A stretch of DNA of 64,000 bases from a virus. The stretch spans positions 103,991 to 167,990 of IMG/VR virus record IMGVR_UViG_3300032287_002972. One strand, given 5' to 3'. The notes under the pieces are model-generated. The model saw only the letters and a program-made list of their open reading frames with translations, ran no database searches and was not told where the DNA came from. Of the stretch, positions 1-9,128 are shown in pieces. How positions within the stretch are numbered: position 1 is the stretch's first letter; each line of letters opens with the position of its first letter. The translations under genes were made by a program, and so were the position numbers.

Positions 1-18
1 AATTTAAAACGTATTACA

Positions 19-270
19 ATGAACCCACCAAAAGGTTATTACAGAAATTTGATTAGTGATTCTAACATCAGAATTGCGTTTACTCATACACCGATTCATG
101 GGTGTACAATCGTTGACAAATCTAAAACCTTAGAGGAGTTAGAGAAGTCAAATGACCAATATTCACAATACTATATTGACGGTTTGAAGTCGGGTAATAT
201 GGTTACGATTGTGGAGAACAGTGTTCATGATAGGTACTTTAGAACGGGTGAACTTTATTTCAGTAACTAA
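19..270 (+). CDS. hypothetical phage protein
   Basis: ORF followed by a terminator hairpin. Confidence 0.6.
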   Translation: MNPPKGYYRNLISDSNIRIAFTHTPIHGCTIVDKSKTLEELEKSNDQYSQYYIDGLKSGNMVTIVENSVHDRYFRTGELYFSN

Positions 271-276
271 AAAATT

Positions 277-304
277 AGGTGGGGAGAAATCCTCACCTTT
301 TTTA
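277..304 (+). terminator. Rho-independent terminator
   Basis: AGGTGGGGA-GAAA-TCCTCACCT followed by a T-run. Confidence 0.75.
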
Positions 305-315
305 TTGTTGGAAAT

Positions 316-361
316 GAATTTAGTGGGGCAAGGAATGGTTAGGTCGTTGCCCCACTAATTC
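316..361. repeat. intergenic palindrome (TTAGTGGGGCAA...TTGCCCCACTAA), copy 1
   Basis: Inverted repeat; copies at about 1026, 1690, 2471, 6584, 8967 and 10114. Confidence 0.9.
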
Positions 362-413
362 GAAATATGCACACGCTGTGGTAAAAAATGAATTAAAAAT
401 AATATAAAATAAA

Positions 414-445
414 TTTGGTTATATGAAATTATTGTTTTATCTTTG
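414..445 (+). promoter_or_regulatory. Bacteroidota sigma-A-type promoter (-33 TTTG / -7 TATCTTTG)
   Basis: TTTG-N20-TAnnTTTG; related copies before most + strand cassettes (about 1123, 1833, 2610, 6732, 7204, 7776, 9068, 10216, 11134, 11561, 12394, 12910, 13976). Confidence 0.85.
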
Positions 446-465
446 TCTAAACAAAAACAATAACG

Positions 466-690
466 ATGTATAACAAACACATTTGGGAAGGGTGGACTGT
501 TCGAGACTTTATTAACGACCTCGAACCAACATTTAATTTAATCATGGAGGGTCAATCTCACATGAAACCTTTTAACAATGATAATGAACTAAAAGAGTGG
601 TGTAAAGATAACCAACCTTATTACAAAAAACACATTCCCGAAGTTTTCAATTATTTTAAAGGTAAAATAATAAATTACAGAGGTCTTTAA
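466..690 (+). CDS. hypothetical phage protein
   Basis: ORF directly after promoter. Confidence 0.75.
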   Translation: MYNKHIWEGWTVRDFINDLEPTFNLIMEGQSHMKPFNNDNELKEWCKDNQPYYKKHIPEVFNYFKGKIINYRGL

Positions 691-701
691 AACTATTTAA
701 A

Positions 702-977
702 ATGAGTAACCAAAAAATTGTTCGTGATTTATCTAAAGAGTTTATTAGTAAAATAGACAACTACAATATAAGGGGGTGTTTTATTGATTTTAAAAAACCA
801 TTTAAAATATACGTTGAACAAGGTAGTGAAAACGTGAAACACTCTTATGTTGTTTATGGTATGGACGAAAAAGGTCTTTATACAAGTGATTTTGATATTC
901 CATTAAGTGATATTGAAGTTGAAACACTTGGGTATATTCTCGATGTTCTTGAATCAAATGAATTTATTATCGGTTAA
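702..977 (+). CDS. hypothetical phage protein
   Basis: ORF followed by terminator. Confidence 0.7.
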   Translation: MSNQKIVRDLSKEFISKIDNYNIRGCFIDFKKPFKIYVEQGSENVKHSYVVYGMDEKGLYTSDFDIPLSDIEVETLGYILDVLESNEFIIG

Positions 978-1025
978 ACTAAAATCCCCTTACGAAAGTT
1001 TGGGGAATTTTTTTGGGTCAAATCC

Positions 1026-1154
1026 AATTTAGTGGGGCAAGGAATGGTTAGGTCGTTGCCTCACTAATTCGAAATATGCACACGCTGTGGTAAAAAATGA
1101 ATTAAAAATAGTATAAAATAAATTTGGTTATATGAAAACTTTGTTTTATCTTTG
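1026..1154 (+). repeat. palindrome + promoter cassette, copy 2
   Basis: Near-identical to 317-445. Confidence 0.9.
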
Positions 1155-1177
1155 TCTAAACAAAAACAATAACAATT

Positions 1178-1636
1178 ATGGGATTTTTTTCATGGAAAAC
1201 GAGTGATACTAATAAAAGTATCCCAAGTAATTACAGTAACAGAAGTACCTTTACTGTACACTTAATTACAAAAGACCGTCAAATTTTCACTGAATCCGAT
1301 TATGAAGGTTATGGTGTGTTTGGTGGTAAAGATTTTTACGAACTTGTTGCGGAACTGAATGGAATTACAGAAGGAACTACTGACGAAAAAAGAAGTGAAG
1401 GGATTGATATTTGTTTCAAAGATAATCCAAGTGGTGAGTTTAACGGAACATTTGAATATCCAAAATTGGTTGAGGAACTACCAAGTGAATCTCGTTGGGA
1501 AGAACAATGGGAAAGATTACCTTATCCTGAAAATTGTGAACATCAGGGATTTTTTTACGGTGATGAGGAAGAAGAAGAAGAAGAAGAAGAAGAATATGAA
1601 TTTGAGGAAGAAGAAGAAGAATTTGAGGAAAAGTAA
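1178..1636 (+). CDS. conserved phage protein with poly-Glu tail
   Basis: MGFFSW...YEGYGVFGGKDFYEL; GAA repeat tail. Confidence 0.8.
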   Translation: MGFFSWKTSDTNKSIPSNYSNRSTFTVHLITKDRQIFTESDYEGYGVFGGKDFYELVAELNGITEGTTDEKRSEGIDICFKDNPSGEFNGTFEYPKLVEELPSESRWEEQWERLPYPENCEHQGFFYGDEEEEEEEEEEYEFEEEEEEFEEK

Positions 1637-1646
1637 TTAAATTAGT

Positions 1647-1864
1647 CCCGTATCATTTATTTGATACGGGATTTTTTATGATCGAAAATGAATTTAGTGA
1701 GGCAAACAAAACGTATGACATTGCCCCACTAAATTCGGACTTGCTGTTGCACACTATTAATCTTTTGCCTCACTAAATTTGAACTCAGCACACGCTGTGG
1801 TAAAAAATGAATTAAAAATAATATAAAATAAATTTGGTTATATGGAATTATTGTTTTATCTTTG
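1647..1864 (+). repeat. terminator + three-armed palindrome + promoter cassette, copy 3
   Basis: About 140 bp nearly identical to 2429-2570. Confidence 0.9.
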
Positions 1865-1884
1865 ACGAAACAAAAACAGACAAG

Positions 1885-2091
1885 ATGAAAAAACAAAAAG
1901 GTGTTCAAGTATTATCCCCTGACGGGATAACAATCGAGTTTGGGTCTTTCTATTATGAGAATATGAAAGAAGCGAAAAGGGGTTTTGAACGGTGGAAAAA
2001 AAGATTTGAAAATCAGGGTTTTTACAGTTCAAATAACGGTAGAATCCCTTTAGATGAATTAGAAAAACATTGTCAATTTAAACCTATTTAA
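1885..2091 (+). CDS. hypothetical phage protein
   Basis: ATG after promoter (track start 1834 lies inside the promoter). Confidence 0.7.
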   Translation: MKKQKGVQVLSPDGITIEFGSFYYENMKEAKRGFERWKKRFENQGFYSSNNGRIPLDELEKHCQFKPI

Positions 2092-2094
2092 AAA

Positions 2095-2415
2095 ATGGAA
2101 AAGTTTAATCAAGTATGTGTTTGGGAAGGTACTACTGTTGGTGTTGGGTCTGAACAAGAATTTGTTGATTGGTTAAAACAAGTGTTTGGTGTGAGAGGTA
2201 AATATTTGGAAGAGGTGGAAACTTTACCTACACGAAATGAACCAAACACGGGTGGTAGAATTGATTTATTCTTTAGTGTACATGATGATGACATACCTAA
2301 ATTTGCGGTATCGAGGATTCTTTATGGTATTAGGTGGTGGGAAGACGTTTTAGGAAACGGTGGTGGTCAACTGTACGATGATACCGTATTACATAGGTAT
2401 CCTAAGAGTTGGTAA
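2095..2415 (+). CDS. hypothetical phage protein
   Basis: ORF, GGRIDLFF...GIRWWED. Confidence 0.75.
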   Translation: MEKFNQVCVWEGTTVGVGSEQEFVDWLKQVFGVRGKYLEEVETLPTRNEPNTGGRIDLFFSVHDDDIPKFAVSRILYGIRWWEDVLGNGGGQLYDDTVLHRYPKSW

Positions 2416-2428
2416 TTAATCCCAAAAG

Positions 2429-2641
2429 TCCGTATCATTTATTTGATACGGATTTTTTATGATCGAAAATGAATTTAGTGAGGCAAACAAAACGTATGAC
2501 ATTGCCCCACTAAATTCGGACTTGCTGTTGCTCACTATTAATCTTTTGCCCCACTAAATTTGAACTCTGCACGTGCTGTACTACAAAATAAAAAAAAGTA
2601 TAAAATAAATTTGGTATAATGAAAACTTTGTTATATATTTG
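2429..2641 (+). repeat. terminator + three-armed palindrome + promoter cassette, copy 4
   Basis: Duplicate of 1647-1790. Confidence 0.9.
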
Positions 2642-2662
2642 TGGTATCAAAAAACAAACAAG

Positions 2663-2917
2663 ATGAAAGATGGAAAAATCACCTTATTAAAAGGTGAAGG
2701 AGCTCACCAACATACTTTGTATGGTAGGTTTGAGGTCAAAAAAGATTTTACCGATTTTACAGAAGTTGACGTACTCGAATGTCAATTAAGACATGAACTA
2801 CCAAACGGTACATTTGGTGAACACAATACACTAAATGTAGAAAGTGGTGAATGGGTCATGGGTAAACAAGTTGAGTATAATCCTTTGAGTAAAAAGGTTA
2901 CAAGAATTTGGGATTAA
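2663..2917 (+). CDS. His-rich QGD-family partner protein lacking the N-terminal QGD strand
   Basis: Aligns with 36176-36565 (GEGAHQH, ECQLRH, EH...G.W...QVEYNPL...RIWD). Confidence 0.75.
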   Translation: MKDGKITLLKGEGAHQHTLYGRFEVKKDFTDFTEVDVLECQLRHELPNGTFGEHNTLNVESGEWVMGKQVEYNPLSKKVTRIWD

Positions 2918-3006
2918 TCAAAAAAAGACTATCTACCTTTACTATATCTTAAATAATGGTAGATAGTCTTTTTATCTTTTTCATTATATTTATAATAAAA
3001 AGTATA

Positions 3007-3606
3007 ATGAAAAAGATAAGAGAAGTTTTAGCACCAAACCAAAAAATTTTTACAACTAAAGGTGAAGAAACATCGTGGTCATTTTTACATGATGTTGAAT
3101 ACAAAAAATACGGTAAAACCGTGAGAAGAATAATTAAAGTTAAATGTGAATGTGGTAGAATTAAAGATGTTCAATATAACAACATTCGTGGAGGTCATTC
3201 AAAATGTTGTGGTTTTGATCCTTGTCGAATACCATATAATAAACATAGAAGAAATCCTGAAACCACATATAATGTACTTTATTATACATACAAAAAAGGT
3301 GCGTTAAAAAGACATTTACCTTTTGAATTAAGTATAGACCAATTTAAAACATTTTTAGATAAAAATTGTTTTTATTGTGATGAAATACCTTCAAGTGTAT
3401 ATGAAATTAGAAACAGTCAAACAGGTAGAATTAGGGCTGGTTTACCATTAACATATAATGGTATTGATAGAATGGATAATAATATTGGATACACGATGGA
3501 TAATTCCGTAACTTGTTGTATTACTTGTAATAGAATGAAACTGGCGTTAGGTTATCAAGATTTTTTAAATCATGTTGAAAAAATATACAAAAAAATGTAC
3601 AAATAA
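3007..3606 (+). CDS. HNH homing endonuclease
   Basis: CECG, CFYC, GIDRMDNNIGY..DNSVTCCITCN. Confidence 0.85.
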   Translation: MKKIREVLAPNQKIFTTKGEETSWSFLHDVEYKKYGKTVRRIIKVKCECGRIKDVQYNNIRGGHSKCCGFDPCRIPYNKHRRNPETTYNVLYYTYKKGALKRHLPFELSIDQFKTFLDKNCFYCDEIPSSVYEIRNSQTGRIRAGLPLTYNGIDRMDNNIGYTMDNSVTCCITCNRMKLALGYQDFLNHVEKIYKKMYK

Positions 3607-3676
3607 ATTTGAAAATATAAAATTTATATTTGTATATTTGTGTTGTTATTTACTTATTAACTCAAAAAAATTCATA

Positions 3677-4084
3677 ATGAATCCTGAAGTACATTCAAAA
3701 AGTTCAGTAAAAAGATGGGGTGGTAAAATTTCTGATTATTTGGACATACATATTCTTTTAGATAGTCCAAAATCAACAATGAACAATAATAGTTCAAGGT
3801 TACTCACTCACAATACATGGTTTGCGTATCACATTATACCCAAAATATTTGGTTACAATATAACCAATAGTGACGGAAAAAGTGTTGATACTGTTGACGT
3901 GGCGATGTTACACATAGCCGAAGACTTTAGAATGAAATTTGTACCTACCCCACAAGATTATTTAAAACATTTAGATGTTCAACCGTGGATGTGTAATGGT
4001 ATAAAAGATTTAGGTAGTAAAGAAGGAACTGAAATTGTTAAAAACTTAAACCAAAAACTAAAAGATGAAAACTCAAACAGTTGA
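3677..4084 (+). CDS. DUF6915-like protein
   Basis: HSKSSVKRWGG..DY..IH..LD..K, R...H, NSDGK, HIAED. Confidence 0.7.
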   Translation: MNPEVHSKSSVKRWGGKISDYLDIHILLDSPKSTMNNNSSRLLTHNTWFAYHIIPKIFGYNITNSDGKSVDTVDVAMLHIAEDFRMKFVPTPQDYLKHLDVQPWMCNGIKDLGSKEGTEIVKNLNQKLKDENSNS

Positions 4085-4721
4085 ATTAGAAGAAAGTTTA
4101 AAACTATGGAAAAAATCAATGATTGACCATTGTATTATGGATTTTTCATGTGGTGGTGATTCTATGAATGAATTTACTTTTGTATTTTATGATGAAAATA
4201 AAAATGTATTACGTTCTGAAGACATTGAAACCATTGATAAATTTTTTGAAGAAGAAGTTTTTGATAAGGTAGATTTTTATGTAAATTCTGACGGTCACTA
4301 CTTGGGTGAATTTGGAACGGTACATATTGAATTGAATAATGATGGTGATGATTTTGAATATTCAAAAGATTCTTCATCTGAATATTCTGAATCCGTTACC
4401 GAAGAATTTATATTCCAATTAACTGATGATGAGTATGACTTACTTAGTGAAAAAATTTCAGATTTTAATGGTGATACTTCGGGACTTGTTGTAAACTACA
4501 ATTTGGATTGTATTATTACCGATAAAGAAATAATCACTATGAATGATTTTGAAAAGAAAATTATTAACTTTGTTCTTGATGTTGAATTTGAACATGGTTT
4601 TGAGGAGGCTCAAGAAGAAAGTGAAACTTTTGAATGTAATGTTCAAGATGTATTAAACGAAAATAAGACGATAGAACTTATTATAACTAGGTCGTATTAC
4701 GTCACTGTTACTAATGATTAA
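4065..4721 (+). CDS. acidic hypothetical protein (FSCGGDS motif, possibly DUF6878-like)
   Basis: Overlaps the previous gene; GGDS motif. Confidence 0.6.
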   Translation: MKTQTVELEESLKLWKKSMIDHCIMDFSCGGDSMNEFTFVFYDENKNVLRSEDIETIDKFFEEEVFDKVDFYVNSDGHYLGEFGTVHIELNNDGDDFEYSKDSSSEYSESVTEEFIFQLTDDEYDLLSEKISDFNGDTSGLVVNYNLDCIITDKEIITMNDFEKKIINFVLDVEFEHGFEEAQEESETFECNVQDVLNENKTIELIITRSYYVTVTND

Positions 4722-4786
4722 TAAATCTATTTAAGAATCCCTAACTATTTTGTTAGGGATTCAAAAACAAAACAAAAACAAACAAG

Positions 4787-5494
4787 ATGAAAATAGTTAT
4801 TGATAATGTTGAGTTTCCTTTCAATGAAGGTTGTAAACTCCTCAAACTAAAACATGGTTCAAATACTGAAAGTCCTTTTAAAGAGATTGAAGACTTTTGG
4901 AACGAAATTGAACCATTAACATTTAAAGAAATTATTACCACATTTAATAACGTGGAACAAAGGAGAATAGCCTTATCCTATTTAGGTTTAGAAAATCTTT
5001 CAAAAGAAATCAATTCTAAATTGGTTTCAAGTGAAACAATTTCAAAAGAAACTACATGGGTCAATAAAGAAGGTGTTACCGAAACAATTAAGTTTGAAGA
5101 CAAATATGAATTATATTCTGTTGACCCAAAAGAATTAGGGTATCATGAACAACACGTTTGGTATAATGGGAGTATCAATATGGGAAATTACCATTACCTT
5201 AAATTTAAAGATACGTCAACCGATAGAGAATATTTACTTTGGGTGGATTGTGGAAACATAATTAGAACGAAATCCGAAGGAAAAAATAATGATACACATT
5301 TACGCACAATTCATGTTGACGCCATTGACGCCATCGCATGGACAATTCAAACTAATCTAAAAAAGGGTGACATTGAAAAAATTATCCGTCAAGGTGATTG
5401 TATCTTACTGAAAAGAAAAAAAGGTGTTGAAACTGATGTTGTAAGACATTTAACAAGTGACGAATATCGTTCTTTACTTGTATTGGAAAGTTAA
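4787..5494 (+). CDS. DUF6745-like protein with C-terminal RQGD motif
   Basis: NVEQRR, DTSTDREYLLWV, DAIAWT; aligns with the C-terminal half of 36591-37544. Confidence 0.7.
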   Translation: MKIVIDNVEFPFNEGCKLLKLKHGSNTESPFKEIEDFWNEIEPLTFKEIITTFNNVEQRRIALSYLGLENLSKEINSKLVSSETISKETTWVNKEGVTETIKFEDKYELYSVDPKELGYHEQHVWYNGSINMGNYHYLKFKDTSTDREYLLWVDCGNIIRTKSEGKNNDTHLRTIHVDAIDAIAWTIQTNLKKGDIEKIIRQGDCILLKRKKGVETDVVRHLTSDEYRSLLVLES

Positions 5495-5583
5495 ATTTTC
5501 ATTCTTGATTTTTGTTTAAAATCCCTGACTAATTTGTCGGGGATTTTTCTTATCTTTGTTTAAACTTTAAAAAACCAAAACGT

Positions 5584-6474
5584 ATGACAAAAAATGTAGT
5601 ATCCTTATTCGATGGAATGAGTAGTTTACAAATATCCTTGAGAAACTTGGGTATTGAAATTGATAACTATTATGCTTCTGAAATTGAACCCGACCCAATT
5701 AAAGTAACATTATCCAATTTCCCTAAAACAAAATATCTTGGTGATGTTAGATATATTGATACGTCAACCCTATACAATATATGGTTGTTAGGTGCAGGGT
5801 CACCATGTACAGATTTTTCTTTAATGGGTTTGAGAAAAGGTTTATTAGATATTCATACTTTAGATGAATATCTTAGATTGAAACATGAAGGTTTTGATTT
5901 CGGGAATACTCAATCTATTTTGTTCTTTGAGTTTCTAAGAATCTTAAAAGAATTAAACCCAACGTACTTTTTTTTGGAGAACGTGGTATTAAAAGGAGAA
6001 TTTAAAAAGTACGAGAAAATGATTTCTGAATACTTAGGGGTTGAACCAATGATTATAAATAGTTCTTTGGTTTCATCACAAAATAGAGAAAGATGTTATT
6101 GGACAAATATCCCGAATGTAAGTGTTCCAAAAGATAGAAAGATTTATTCTTTTGATGTTATTCCTAATTCAATTAGTTGTGGTGTTAGAGGTGTAATGAA
6201 TAAAGATGAAGGTAAGTATATTCAAAAATTAACCTTTAGAAAAGATGATAAATTTAACTGTTTGGTTACGAATCCCCATTCAACAAATTTAGTTAAGGTT
6301 GGGAATGAGGATATAAGAAAAATAACTATCGAAGAATCTGAAAGAATCCAAACAGTTCCCGTTGGTTATACTAATGTTGAAGGTGTTTCCGATTCAAGTA
6401 AATATAAAATGATTGGTAATGGTTGGACAATTAATGTTATTGACCATTTGTTAGAACCATTAATTAATGAATAG
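5584..6474 (+). CDS. dcm: DNA (cytosine-5) methyltransferase
   Basis: SLFDG, GSPC, ENV, QNRER, GNG motifs. Confidence 0.92.
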   Translation: MTKNVVSLFDGMSSLQISLRNLGIEIDNYYASEIEPDPIKVTLSNFPKTKYLGDVRYIDTSTLYNIWLLGAGSPCTDFSLMGLRKGLLDIHTLDEYLRLKHEGFDFGNTQSILFFEFLRILKELNPTYFFLENVVLKGEFKKYEKMISEYLGVEPMIINSSLVSSQNRERCYWTNIPNVSVPKDRKIYSFDVIPNSISCGVRGVMNKDEGKYIQKLTFRKDDKFNCLVTNPHSTNLVKVGNEDIRKITIEESERIQTVPVGYTNVEGVSDSSKYKMIGNGWTINVIDHLLEPLINE

Positions 6475-6583
6475 TTTACTTTCTATTTGGTTTTGTGTAT
6501 AATTACCATTATTGTGTTATCACAAAATTTATCTTTGGTTTGAGGGTGGAATTTTTTTCACCCTTTTTTTTATACCTGAAAAT

Positions 6584-6682
6584 GAATTTAGTGGGGCAAG
6601 TTGTAACAAATAAATGCTTAATTTGTTACAACACAAATTTAGTGGGGCAAGGATTGGAAACGGGGTTGCCCCACTAAATTCA
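6584..6682. repeat. intergenic palindrome, copy 5 (two forward arms, one reverse)
   Basis: AATTTAGTGGGGCAAG twice plus TTGCCCCACTAAATT. Confidence 0.85.
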
Positions 6683-6792
6683 AAATTTACGCACGGAGTA
6701 AAAAATAATTATAAAAAAAGTATAAAAAACATTTGGTTATATCAAATATTCTTTTTATCTTTGTATTATTAAATAACTAAAACAATAACATC

Positions 6793-7098
6793 ATGGCATT
6801 TTACGGCGACGGGAAACACAATGAGAACATGGAAAAAACAACTCCAGTTTTAAGAGAGTTTATTTTTAATTTAGACCAAAAGGTCACTACATGGATGAGA
6901 ACAGAATTTACGATTGAAGCGGAAACATTGACTGAAGCAAAAGAACTTGCAATTAAGTTTCATTTAGATGGAGAAACAGAAGAAATTGAATGGAAACAAA
7001 TTGAGGGGTGTTATGAAAAATTAGACATAGAAGATAACTTTAATGACCCTACGGAAGAAATTTTCTTTAACGGTCTTATTGTATATTCTAACAAGTAA
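6793..7098 (+). CDS. hypothetical phage protein
   Basis: Promoter-ORF-terminator cassette. Confidence 0.7.
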   Translation: MAFYGDGKHNENMEKTTPVLREFIFNLDQKVTTWMRTEFTIEAETLTEAKELAIKFHLDGETEEIEWKQIEGCYEKLDIEDNFNDPTEEIFFNGLIVYSNK

Positions 7099-7256
7099 TA
7101 AAAAAGGGTGGGAAGAAATTTCCACCTTTTTTTGTTTATGTGTATTACGTCACCAACTTACATTCGTGTATTACCTGAGCGGTAAAAAAAAGTATAAAAA
7201 ATATTTGGTTATATGAAATTATTGTTTTATCTTTGTGGAAACAAAAACGAACAACT

Positions 7257-7481
7257 ATGAGGTATCAAATTAAAAGAGAATGTTGGAACGAAAAAACGTT
7301 CAACGGTTATCAAGACAATCCATATTGGAGAATTGATTTTCAAGATATGGGGTATGTTTTATTAGATGATGGTAGAGTATGGTGTACTAATGGTATGGAA
7401 ATTTCAGACCCTGTTTTAGATGATATTAGGACAATTATTAAGGAATGTAAACTTAATATTGAATCACTAATAAAACTATAA
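7257..7481 (+). CDS. hypothetical phage protein
   Basis: ATG after promoter. Confidence 0.65.
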   Translation: MRYQIKRECWNEKTFNGYQDNPYWRIDFQDMGYVLLDDGRVWCTNGMEISDPVLDDIRTIIKECKLNIESLIKL

Positions 7482-7484
7482 ACA

Positions 7485-7763
7485 ATGAAAAAAACAGAAT
7501 TGATTAATTACATTCAAGGGGTTGTTAAAACGTATGGTGAATTTTCAACCGCTGACGTTGAAGCAGATTCAAGTCCCGTTATTAAATCATTACGGAACAC
7601 ACACTTATTAGCAGAAGTTTTTGGTGAAGAAAAAGTAACGGCGGTTTTATATGTCGATGACAATGATGTTGATGAGGAATATATTAGTTATGATGAGTTA
7701 AGTAAAGATGTGTTGAAAGAAATTTCTTTACTATGTAAACAATGGGAATTACAGGAAAAATAA
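7485..7763 (+). CDS. hypothetical phage protein
   Basis: ORF. Confidence 0.7.
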   Translation: MKKTELINYIQGVVKTYGEFSTADVEADSSPVIKSLRNTHLLAEVFGEEKVTAVLYVDDNDVDEEYISYDELSKDVLKEISLLCKQWELQEK

Positions 7764-7828
7764 ATATAAAAAATGTTTGGTTATTTCAAATATTCTTTTT
7801 ATCTTTGACGAAACAAAAACGGTAAATT

Positions 7829-8023
7829 ATGAAACTAAAGTTTGAAGTAAAATGTAATTGGTGTGATTGGGAAGGTTACGAAGACGATTTGACATTAGAA
7901 GTAGATTTGTCCGATAACTTAATTTCACACGACGTACAGTATAGGAAAGTTTGTCCTGAATGTTTATCAGAGGATCATTTAATGGATATTGAATCTGATG
8001 AATTAACATCTAAAATAGATTAA
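7829..8023 (+). CDS. small Zn-ribbon protein
   Basis: CNWC...CPEC. Confidence 0.65.
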   Translation: MKLKFEVKCNWCDWEGYEDDLTLEVDLSDNLISHDVQYRKVCPECLSEDHLMDIESDELTSKID

Positions 8024-8026
8024 ATT

Positions 8027-8206
8027 GGTAAGGTGGCGGAATGTTTAAACAACCCCGTTCCAGACGGGAAAATAACGTGGTTCGAATCCACTACGGGGTT
8101 AATGTTTAAACTTGGTTAGACGCACCATAATAATAATATTTGGAAGGAGATAAGAATGGCGCTTACCCTAAACCAAATTTTACGGGTTCGAATCCCGTCC
8201 TTACCG
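8027..8206 (+). ncRNA. tRNA-like RNA with no canonical anticodon arm and a D-loop insertion
   Basis: Acceptor GGTAAGG/CCTTACC, split D arm GCGGAA..TTGGTTAGACGC, T arm ACGGGTTCGAATCCCGT. Confidence 0.75.
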
Positions 8207-8396
8207 CGACAGTTAGCGGATTATACTTGGTAGTTCTTGTAAAGTCTGACTATACGTGAGGTGGTTTTTTTAACTTTCCACCAGTAGTGTTCAAAACTAA
8301 AAGTTAATGCAGGTTAATAAAGGGGTAAGGGAAAGTCTAACTATCGAGTACCTTACAACCTACTGTATAAAATGTACATATTTAAAATTGATTATT

Positions 8397-8780
8397 ATGG
8401 AAACCAATTTCAAAATTCCTAAATTTATAAATAATAACAATTCATTTGAAAAGATTGGATATGATGAATATTGTATTACATATCTTAAAGGACTTAAAGT
8501 CCATCAATTAAGGATTGTTGTGAATGGATATTTAACCAAACAATCAATAAACATTATTGATTTTAGTTCAGGATATAAAAACAAAATATTAATTGGTATT
8601 AAAGAATATCTTACAAACGGTAAGGATAGTAAAAATAAAGTCACTAAAAAAGTTACACTGTATTACTTAGAAACTTTTTATTCAAAAAAAATAATTCATA
8701 ATGTTAAATCATTCTTATTACCTATTAATAAAGAAGAGTCAAGAGATAAATTAACTGAATTTGGATTAATCAATTTATAG
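8397..8780 (+). CDS. hypothetical phage protein
   Basis: ORF between two tRNA-like RNAs. Confidence 0.65.
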   Translation: METNFKIPKFINNNNSFEKIGYDEYCITYLKGLKVHQLRIVVNGYLTKQSINIIDFSSGYKNKILIGIKEYLTNGKDSKNKVTKKVTLYYLETFYSKKIIHNVKSFLLPINKEESRDKLTEFGLINL

Positions 8781-8876
8781 TAAGGTGGTGGAATTGGTTA
8801 GACACACCGAAAGGTAGGTACGGTATGGATCCCGATTAAATAATCCTAAATACGGGTTCGAATCCCGTCCTTACTA
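8779..8876 (+). ncRNA. tRNA-like RNA, anticodon arm replaced by an ACC-GAAA-GGT hairpin
   Basis: Acceptor AGTAAGG/CCTTACT, Leu-type D arm, canonical T arm. Confidence 0.75.
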
Positions 8877-8966
8877 CATATTCTCGATTTCTGTTTATAG
8901 TTGTTGTAATTACGTTTTTGGTTTGAGGGTAGGAAGAAAAATCCTACCCTTTTTTTATGCTTAATT

Positions 8967-9013
8967 GAATTTAGTGGGGCAAGGATTGGAACGGAGGTTG
9001 CCCCACTAAATTC
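8967..9013. repeat. intergenic palindrome, copy 6
   Basis: GAATTTAGTGGGGCAA...TTGCCCCACTAAATTC. Confidence 0.85.
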
Positions 9014-9128
9014 AAACTATATTGTTACCTGGTTCAAAAAAATACTTATAAAAAACTATAAAAAACATTTGGTTATATGGGATTTTATTTTTATCTTTGT
9101 TAAGTATTTATAACTAAAAAACTTTGAC

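Noticed and set aside
1359-1640. Poly-Lys ORF
   Set aside because: Alternative frame of the GAA repeat encoding the poly-Glu tail of 1178-1636.
6495-6677. 60-aa ORF
   Set aside because: Spans a terminator and the palindromic repeats; probably spurious.
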